Assembly: GCF_001458695.1 (NCBI RefSeq)
Contig: NZ_LN885086.1
Coordinates: 2,820,001-2,852,000 of the forward strand
Direction: 5' to 3'
DNA from: Candidatus Nitrospira inopinata
Lineage (GTDB): Bacteria; Nitrospirota; Nitrospiria; Nitrospirales; Nitrospiraceae
Length of the DNA: 32,000 nt
Shown here: positions 26,064 to 32,000 of the stretch, piece after piece
How positions within the stretch are numbered: the stretch's first letter is position 1
Layout of the letters: every line of letters begins with the position of its first letter
The notes under the pieces: model-generated
The model's input: only the letters and a program-made list of their open reading frames with translations
The model's database searches: none
What the model was told of the DNA's origin: nothing
Made by a program: the position numbers and the translations under genes

Positions 26064-26110
26064 TGGTGCGCCCGGCTGGAATCGAACCAGCGACCCTCAG
26101 CTTAGAAGGC
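26064..26110 (-). repeat. 47-bp copy of the 3' half of tRNA-Arg(TCT) (att-like direct repeat)
   Basis: Identical to 29801..29847 (CCA end through T-arm, variable loop and anticodon loop). It diverges in the 5' strand of the anticodon stem. Confidence 0.9.
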
Positions 26111-26591
26111 CTACTTAGCAGCAATACAGCAGAGAGCGGGTAGGAATGATAGACTGTGCTGCTTCCTGCCTGGATACAGGGGATTCGGCTGTTTGGTTGT
26201 GTGATCAATGGTGATGGAACAGATTGGTAACCGTGCCGGGAACCGTGACCAGCAACTGTAGAGGCCTATTCGACAGGTGGGGGAAGTTTGGGAAACGAGC
26301 CTCAACAGCATAGCCAGTCATCTATGCTGCTGTGCTGTGGAGAGAAGAAAGGAAAGCTTTAGATGCGAGAGGGTTCTATCAGTAAGGCCTCAGCACTACC
26401 CCGCTAATCTACTTCGCTTCCGCCACTCTACAGGGGTGCCGACTGCGGATCAGCCCAGAAGCCTTTCTTCGTCTCTGGTGGTTCAGCTTCTAACTCTTCA
26501 AGCACCACAGGTGCAAGAGAACCCTATTCCCTAGATGGAGGCCGCAAAGTGCTATCCGCCGCCCCGGCTCACATATAATGCAAACCAGAGA

Positions 26592-27368
26592 TCAGTGTAA
26601 GCCAGTGACTCTCTTCCTGGACAATATGAAGAACATCATGAGACCTGCCCCCAGCAGCAAAATGGAGGAAGGTTCTGGCACACTAGCGTAGCGCATGGCG
26701 TCCAAGCCAACGGTGCCCGAAACGCCGCCGATGATGATCGTCTGGATCAAACGATCTCCATCCATGCTTCCCATTTGCAGAGTCGTGAAATTCGTGCTTG
26801 AGTACGTGAAGCTCGACCTGCTGCCGATTCCATTACAAGACAGGTCAAAACCAGTGCAGGACCCTACCTGATTGTTCAAAGCATCAAAGGCAAAAATGTT
26901 TGCCGGGTCGCTGAGCCACACCGTCTGAATATCAAAAAAGTTGGTGGGGCTCTCAAATCGGATAATCATCGCACGGAAGCCCCCATCATTCCTAACCGAA
27001 GGAGAACATACTCCTCCTGCTACCCAGCAAGATCGAGCTTCTGGTCCATTCAACCATTGTGTTGCGGTGTTCTCAGTACCGGCAATCTGCTGTTGATCGT
27101 GCGCGAACATCTGTGTCCCTGTAGGGGCAGCCCCACTCCATCGTCCTAAAACGTTCGTGGCGTAGACTGAACCATAGACAGGAATGCCGTCTGGTGAGTT
27201 TCGATCAAGCGAATATGAGTTGAGTGTCACACCTGAGAATAGATTTGTGAGGTTCGTCCCCGGTCGGAAGGCGTCAGGTTCGACGATAATCAAAAGGGCC
27301 TCTGCCGGAGCGCCGAATAGACCAGTAAGGAAAAGCAAAAGAAAAACAAGACGAGCCCTTCTTACCAT
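26592..27368 (-). CDS. PEP-CTERM sorting-domain secreted protein
   Basis: Signal peptide MVRRARLVFLLLFLTGLFGAPAEA. C-terminal VPEPSSILLLGAGLMMFFILSRKR. Visibly more AT-rich than the flanking core genes. Confidence 0.85.
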   Translation of the reverse strand: MVRRARLVFLLLFLTGLFGAPAEALLIIVEPDAFRPGTNLTNLFSGVTLNSYSLDRNSPDGIPVYGSVYATNVLGRWSGAAPTGTQMFAHDQQQIAGTENTATQWLNGPEARSCWVAGGVCSPSVRNDGGFRAMIIRFESPTNFFDIQTVWLSDPANIFAFDALNNQVGSCTGFDLSCNGIGSRSSFTYSSTNFTTLQMGSMDGDRLIQTIIIGGVSGTVGLDAMRYASVPEPSSILLLGAGLMMFFILSRKRVTGLH

Positions 27369-27533
27369 AGCATTCTCCGGTAAAACTAGACCTTAGTTTA
27401 TTATTTGTAATGATACCACCAAAAAATCCAACAATACAACACACCCCCCTCGAATGGGGAGGATTCGGTCTGGGTTCTGCCCCGATTTTACGGACACCTC
27501 ACGTAAGGTCCATAATGGGCCAGGAGGGGTGTC

Positions 27534-27821
27534 ATGGGAGCACGACGGAAGTTTTCAGCGGAGTACACGCGAGAAGCGGTGGCCATGCTCGACGCACCGG
27601 GGGTGACGGTGAGTCAGATCGCCGCCGACCGAGGCATTGGGGCCAATGTGTTGGGACGCTGGCGGCGGGAGTTGCGCCGTCAGCCCCAGCAGGCTTTTGT
27701 GGGCCATGGGTGCTCGCGGGATGAAGAGCTGAGCCAGTTGCGGCGGGAGCTGGCTCGCGTGACCAAGGAGCGGGATTTTTTGCGCGCAGCGGCCGCGTGC
27801 ATCGCGAAAGCGGCGCGATGA
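27534..27821 (+). CDS. IS3-family transposase OrfA (HTH)
   Basis: RRKFSAEYTREAVAML ... VSQIAADRGIGANVLGRWRRE ... LARVTKERDFLRAAAACIAK is the typical IS3/IS911 OrfA. AGGAGGGG RBS. Confidence 0.9.
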   Translation: MGARRKFSAEYTREAVAMLDAPGVTVSQIAADRGIGANVLGRWRRELRRQPQQAFVGHGCSRDEELSQLRRELARVTKERDFLRAAAACIAKAAR

Positions 27822-28675
27822 AGGTTCGGATGATCCAACGAGGCCGCGATGCGTTTCCCATCCGATGGATGTGCCGCTGTTTGCGGGTGTCGGCCAGCGG
27901 GGATGACGGCTGGGCGACCCGCACGCCAAGTAGGCGGACGGCGGAGAACGCCCGGCTGGTGCGGCGCATGCGGGAACTGCATACCGAGCATGATGGTGTG
28001 CTCGGCAGTCCCCGGATGTGGGAGGAACTCCGCTACGCCAGCGAGCGCTGTGGCCGCCACCGGGTGGCCCGCTTAATGCGCCGGGCCGGCTTGCAGGGGG
28101 TGCCGCAGCGGCGGAAGACTTCTGGCCTCCCGCCGGCTGGGACACAGAACCATTTGGAGCGAGACTTTACCGCCACGGCCCCCAACACCAAATGGGTCAC
28201 CGACATCACCTACATCCGCACCGCCGAACACTGGCTCTATCTCTGCATCGTGCTGGATTTGCATTCGGGGGTGGTCGTGGGCGGGTCGATGAGTCCACGA
28301 CAGGACCGGCACCTCGTCATGCAGGCGGTGTTGATGGCGGTGTGGCAGCGACCGGGTCGGACACCGGTCATTCTCCATTCCGATCGCGGCTGTCAATTTA
28401 CGTCGGAAGAATATCAGTCCTTCTTGGCGGCGCACCACATTACCTGCAGCATGAGTGCGGTGGGCAGTTGTGCCGATAATGCGGCGGCCGAGAGTTTCTT
28501 CGGCGTGCTCAAACGCGAGCGGGTGAACCGGCGGCCGTACCGGACGAGAGCCGAGGCAAGAGCGGATCTCTTTGACTACATTGAACGCTGGCACAATCCC
28601 CGCCAGCGGCGAAGACTGGCGGTTCAGCAAGAGGGGAAGCAACGCTTAACTCAGGTGTCCGTGGAAACGGGGTAG
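27797..28675 (+). CDS. IS3-family transposase OrfB (DDE / rve integrase core), probably made as an OrfAB fusion by -1 frameshift
   Basis: WVTDITYIRT ... ILHSDRGCQFTS ... CADNAAAESFFGVLKRE (D, D, E blocks). The slippery heptamer T_TTT_TTG at 27776..27782 is in the correct phase in orfA. Confidence 0.9.
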   Translation: MHRESGAMKVRMIQRGRDAFPIRWMCRCLRVSASGDDGWATRTPSRRTAENARLVRRMRELHTEHDGVLGSPRMWEELRYASERCGRHRVARLMRRAGLQGVPQRRKTSGLPPAGTQNHLERDFTATAPNTKWVTDITYIRTAEHWLYLCIVLDLHSGVVVGGSMSPRQDRHLVMQAVLMAVWQRPGRTPVILHSDRGCQFTSEEYQSFLAAHHITCSMSAVGSCADNAAAESFFGVLKRERVNRRPYRTRAEARADLFDYIERWHNPRQRRRLAVQQEGKQRLTQVSVETG

Positions 28676-28916
28676 AACCCGGCTCCGGATAGCTTATGGG
28701 GAGGCTCAGTGTAGGCGGGCAAAGAACAACTCTCAACAAGTTGTAGCTCACCGCTCGCTACGGATTGGATCTAACGGTCAGTTCTCCTGTCCGAGCAAGA
28801 AACCAACAATTGCTTATCGTGTGTATCCAATGACACAGGGAAGGAAAACTTGCGCCTGATGAGGCGGCGGGACACACACATGAAGTTAAACTAGTGGCAG
28901 GGTTTATCCGTGTGCA

Positions 28917-29756
28917 CTAGAACCTATCTCAAAATTATTGACAGTATCATGAGAGGTGCGTATAAGGCCGCGCGTGCTTCGATTGCGCGACGAGCAATGG
29001 GAACGGATTCGGGAACATTTTCCCGAAGAACACATCCCCGAAGGACGCCCTGGCCGCAAGCCGGTTCCCACCCGTGCGGTCCTGGGCGCGGTGCTGTGGA
29101 TTCTCAACACCGGTGCGCAATGGCACAGGCTGCCGCAGTGCTACCCCAACTACAAAACGGTGCATCGGCGGTTTCAGCAGTGGTGCGAACGCGAAGTGCG
29201 GCGCGAGATTTTGAAGGAGTTGGCCAATACGCTGCGCGACGAAGGGGACATCGACGAGCGCGAGAGTTTCATCGATGCAACGTTTGCCTCCGCCAAAGGC
29301 GGCGGCGAGGGCATCGGCAAAACCCGCCGTGGCAAAGGTGTCAAGATTCTCGCGATTGTCGATCGCCATGGGCTGCCGCTCTCGGTGAGCACGCACGCGG
29401 CCAATCATCATGAAGTTACGCTGGTGCAACTCAGCTTCGACTTCTACATGCTGGAAGCCAAACCCGAGCACCTCATTGGCGACCGGGCCTATGACAGCGA
29501 TGGGCTCGATGATGACCTCCACCAAGATGGGGTGAACATGATTGCCCCTCATCGGTCGACGCGAAAGCTGAAGACCCAAGATGGGCGGCACCTGCGACGG
29601 TATCAGCGCCGATGGCTCGTCGAGCGGTTCTTTGCGTGGTTGCAATGGAAACGGCGCTTGCTGGTTCGCTGGGAATACTACCCCTCAAACTTTCTCGGGT
29701 TTGTGCAGCTCGCATGCATCACCATGCTCCTCAGGCAATTTTGAGATAGGTTCGAG
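28917..29756 (+). mobile_element. IS5-family insertion sequence (~0.84 kb; IS427/IS1031-like size)
   Basis: Terminal inverted repeats CTAGAACCTATCTCAAAATT (28917..28936) and AATTTTGAGATAGGTTCGAG (29737..29756): 17 bp perfect, 19/20 overall. They enclose one transposase ORF. Confidence 0.85.
28956..29744 (+). CDS. IS5-family DDE transposase (single ORF)
   Basis: LRDEQWERIREHFP...GRPGRKPVPTRAVLGAVLWILNTGAQWHRLP (DUF4096-type N-terminus), then IDATFASAKGGG...GDRAYDS...RWLVERFFAWLQWKRRL. The start may be GTG 28956/28974 or TTG 28983. Confidence 0.85.
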   Translation: MRIRPRVLRLRDEQWERIREHFPEEHIPEGRPGRKPVPTRAVLGAVLWILNTGAQWHRLPQCYPNYKTVHRRFQQWCEREVRREILKELANTLRDEGDIDERESFIDATFASAKGGGEGIGKTRRGKGVKILAIVDRHGLPLSVSTHAANHHEVTLVQLSFDFYMLEAKPEHLIGDRAYDSDGLDDDLHQDGVNMIAPHRSTRKLKTQDGRHLRRYQRRWLVERFFAWLQWKRRLLVRWEYYPSNFLGFVQLACITMLLRQF

Positions 29757-29800
29757 ATTCAAGAACTAAAAATGAGCGCACGGTACGAGCAAGCTCTGTC

Positions 29801-29877
<77 letters not shown>

Positions 29878-29892
29878 GTTCAAACATTTCGC

Positions 29893-31014
29893 CTACTTGG
29901 AAGGATTGCCCTTCCCGATAACTTCCGGCAGTGTTACGGGAGTGTTATCTTGGAGATACTTTTGCACCTTCAAGGCGGCTTCAGTCAAGTCTCTCTCCTC
30001 TATTGAGTTGTACCGCTTCCACATCTTCTCTGACTTGTGACCAACAATCTTCATCGCGGTTGCTGTATCCACACCGGCGCGTCGTAGGTTTGTCGATGCA
30101 CAATGACGGAGATCATGGAATCTAAAGTCAGTTATTCCAGCATCTCTCAATGCGGTCCTGAAGGATCGGCTGATACGTTGAAGCGGTCGGCCCTTGTAGG
30201 TGAAAACGTGGTTATTCGACAGACTACGAACCTTAGCCAGGCGTTGGAAGGTTGCGCGAACGTCTGGCGTCATGGGAATACGTCGGCCTGTTTTCGTCTT
30301 GGTCTCATGACTGCGAAGGGTGATGAATCCCCTACGGAGGTCAACATGGTCCCAGGTCAGAGACACAATCTCCCTGAATCGCTGGCCCAGTTGGTAGGCC
30401 GTTAAGAGCACCGGGCGGAGGTGTGGCTTCGCGGCGTGATGTAACCGGCTCCATTCGTCCTCGGTCAACACTCGGTCCCGCTCGTTCTGTGGGTTGGGTA
30501 TGGTTACCCGTGAAGCAGGGTTAGCCTGCAGTAGTCCTCGCTTGATGGCCACGTTCAAGCAATGCTTCAGGGCGATGTGATCATGGTTGATGGTCTGAGT
30601 GCTGGCCGGTTTGCCATTTGGCTTCTTTCTTTGGCTGCGGAAAGCTTCTATGTCTTCCGGTCGGATCTCAGAGAGGATCTGATGACCGAAGAAGGGTATG
30701 AGGTGGGTGTTGATGCTATGGGAACGGCCAATGAAAGAACGAAGCGTCCTCACGCTCTCAAGCTCAAGGTAGGCCATCGCCCATTCCTTGAACAACGTAG
30801 GCTTGGCTTGTTCGGTTTTCTCGTGACCAAGTAGCAAGCGAGTCTTCACCGCTGCTTCCATCTCTCTGGCAACAGTCTTATTGAGACACCCCACCTTCCA
30901 GCGTTTCCATCGGGCACCGGGTACACCACTCGCGAGGACCAATGATTTTCCGTCCGCACTTTCGATCACCGGAAACTCCACATAGTAACTATCCCGCCGC
31001 TTAGTGAGTCCCAT
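29893..31014 (-). CDS. tyrosine-type site-specific recombinase (phage integrase family)
   Basis: C-terminal catalytic blocks LLTAYQLGQRFREI..., HDLRHCASTNLRRAGV..., MKIVGHKSEKMWKRYNS (R..HxxR..Y). N-terminal SAM-like domain. Confidence 0.9.
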   Translation of the reverse strand: MGLTKRRDSYYVEFPVIESADGKSLVLASGVPGARWKRWKVGCLNKTVAREMEAAVKTRLLLGHEKTEQAKPTLFKEWAMAYLELESVRTLRSFIGRSHSINTHLIPFFGHQILSEIRPEDIEAFRSQRKKPNGKPASTQTINHDHIALKHCLNVAIKRGLLQANPASRVTIPNPQNERDRVLTEDEWSRLHHAAKPHLRPVLLTAYQLGQRFREIVSLTWDHVDLRRGFITLRSHETKTKTGRRIPMTPDVRATFQRLAKVRSLSNNHVFTYKGRPLQRISRSFRTALRDAGITDFRFHDLRHCASTNLRRAGVDTATAMKIVGHKSEKMWKRYNSIEERDLTEAALKVQKYLQDNTPVTLPEVIGKGNPSK

Positions 31015-31198
31015 GGCTGTCTCTCCGTGGTGTGATCGTGTGCTGATCGATCCAGGCGTCCAGCTGAGCTTGCTTGAACTTCACCAGCCGTCCGATTTTG
31101 ACGTACCCCAGTTTCCTCGCGGAGACCCATCCGTACAGGGTCAATTTGGATATGCCTAAATACTTCGCGGCCTCATCCATTGTCAAAAGGTTATTCAT
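31001..31198 (-). CDS. excisionase-family / AlpA-like HTH DNA-binding protein
   Basis: LLTMDEAAKYLGISKLTLYGWVSARKLGYVKIGRLVKFKQAQLDAWI is a MerR-type excisionase HTH. It overlaps the integrase start by 14 nt. Confidence 0.8.
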   Translation of the reverse strand: MNNLLTMDEAAKYLGISKLTLYGWVSARKLGYVKIGRLVKFKQAQLDAWIDQHTITPRRDSHGTH

Positions 31199-31519
31199 GG
31201 CGCTTCAGCAGCCCTTTTCTTCATGCACGACACATTTGGTCGATCGAACCGACCGACATACCTACACACCTCTCGCGAGTGGCACTTATGAGAGGGTTCA
31301 GAATTATTCACCATACCGAAAAGGTAGGGTAAGGGGCACAAAACCTGAGATCGTGGCGTTGGGTACACCATTTATTGGCCCTTCTCTCACCTTCACAATC
31401 GAAGGGACAGTGCTTGCCCCATGACACCTAATCCACAAGTGGGGCCTATCGTATGACCAACAGGCTCTCCGTCCACAACATGTTGCCGATCCCTTTCTTT
31501 TCTTCGATCAGCCCTCCAG

Positions 31520-31557
31520 TTGACAGCACTCCATAACCAATGTAACATTTTGTTACA
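31520..31557 (+). promoter_or_regulatory. putative promoter (TTGACA-17-TAACAT) overlapped by the palindrome TGTAACA-TTT-TGTTACA
   Basis: -35 at 31520..31525 and -10 at 31543..31548. The perfect 7-3-7 palindrome at 31541..31557 ends on the A of the repressor ATG. No Shine-Dalgarno sequence is visible. Confidence 0.45.
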
Positions 31558-32000
31558 TGCAGCCTCATGAACTCAAACAGGTGCGGACTTCTCTCGGATT
31601 GACCCAGGACACCCTTGCGCAGACCCTCAATGTGACGAGGCAGACCATCAATCGGTACGAACAGAAGATCGTGCCGATCCCCACGACCGTCGAACTGGCC
31701 CTAATGCAACTCAGCTCCTCGCAGATTCAGCTGGCTGGGGTTGTCGCGGCAGGGGCGCCCATTGAACCGATTCCTCAGATGGAACGCGTCGAGGTTCCGA
31801 AAAGCATGGTCGGTCGTGGAGAGACCTTCGCCCTTCGGGTGAAGGGCATGTCCATGCAGGACGAAGGAATCTTCTCCGGTGATGTGGTCGTAGTTCAGAA
31901 GCAAGCCACTGCCCGCAATGGGCAGACCGTGATCGCCTTGGTGAATGGCGAGGCCACGATCAAGACCTATCACCGCAAGGGCAGCACGGTCGAACTCCTC
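31557..32000 (+). CDS. XRE-HTH / S24 peptidase (LexA- or CI-like) repressor, 3' end outside the window
   Basis: Not in the ORF track because no stop is reached. Translation is MQPHELKQVRTSLGLTQDTLAQTLNVTRQTINRYEQK (XRE HTH) ... FALRVKGMSMQDEGIFSGDVVVVQKQATARNGQTVIALVNGEATIKTYHRKGSTVELL, close to the LexA block LRVSGMSM.D.GI..GD....K....RNGQ.V.A.....T.K....G..VELL. Confidence 0.8.
   Translation, partial: MQPHELKQVRTSLGLTQDTLAQTLNVTRQTINRYEQKIVPIPTTVELALMQLSSSQIQLAGVVAAGAPIEPIPQMERVEVPKSMVGRGETFALRVKGMSMQDEGIFSGDVVVVQKQATARNGQTVIALVNGEATIKTYHRKGSTVELL

Larger units (their letters stand above)
27463..28695 (+). mobile_element. IS3-family insertion sequence (~1.23 kb)
   Basis: orfA/orfB in 0/-1 frames. 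Imperfect terminal inverted repeats: 27472..27499 versus reverse complement of 28653..28680, 24/28 matches. The exact outer ends are uncertain. Confidence 0.85.

Noticed and set aside
28696-28916. Possible remnant of an island integrase in the 221 bp between the two IS elements.
   Set aside because: Translating both strands by eye gave no recognisable recombinase blocks. The segment is too short and stop-rich to support any call.
31074-31424. 116-aa plus-strand ORF and the 31701..31973 minus-strand ORF in the integrase/repressor region.
   Set aside because: The first is antisense to the excisionase gene and the second is antisense to the LexA-like repressor. Both of those genes have clear family motifs, and neither ORF has motifs of its own.

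Overview
This is a 32 kb GC-rich bacterial chromosomal segment from a Gram-negative-type cell (porin, PEP-CTERM proteins, Tat/Sec lipoproteins); I cannot assign a taxon from sequence alone. Layout: (1) 0-2 kb holds a siroheme-branch enzyme, an HNH protein and a NirD-like Rieske gene. The last ~195 bp of the Rieske gene recur 1.2 kb downstream, bracketing toxin-antitoxin-like cassettes. (2) 2-6 kb is a run of small accessory genes, all on the minus strand, with visible decay: a frameshifted hicA next to intact hicB, and fused VOC/nitroreductase remnants. (3) 6.2-11.1 kb is a tight plus-strand operon: GGCT-like protein, thioredoxin-like 2Fe-2S ferredoxin, MoaB, a NapA/NasA-like molybdoenzyme with a Tat signal plus lipobox, a polytopic NapC/NrfH-type tetrahaem cytochrome, and a small membrane protein. 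(4) 11-14 kb encodes a CBS protein, an MDR oxidoreductase and PhzF. (5) 14.2-16 kb is a two-gene pair that looks like a split, minimal copper-amine-oxidase-like enzyme with a divergent active site; I consider it the most novel candidate here. (6) 16-26 kb encodes a PEP-CTERM protein, a secreted protein, MsrB, a DsbA-like protein, an orphan 117-aa rod-protein-like gene, a porin, a 1-Cys peroxiredoxin, a pentapeptide protein and a 985-aa DUF748/AsmA-like protein. (7) 26-32 kb is a tRNA-Arg(TCT) integration hotspot. A 47-bp copy of the tRNA 3' half and the intact tRNA bracket a 3.7 kb islet (PEP-CTERM cargo, IS3-family and IS5-family elements). An integrase/excisionase/LexA-like repressor module sits on the other side of the tRNA. 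I saw no CRISPR array, no rRNA and no recognisable complete defence system. All family assignments come from motif recognition by eye and need HMM or structure confirmation.
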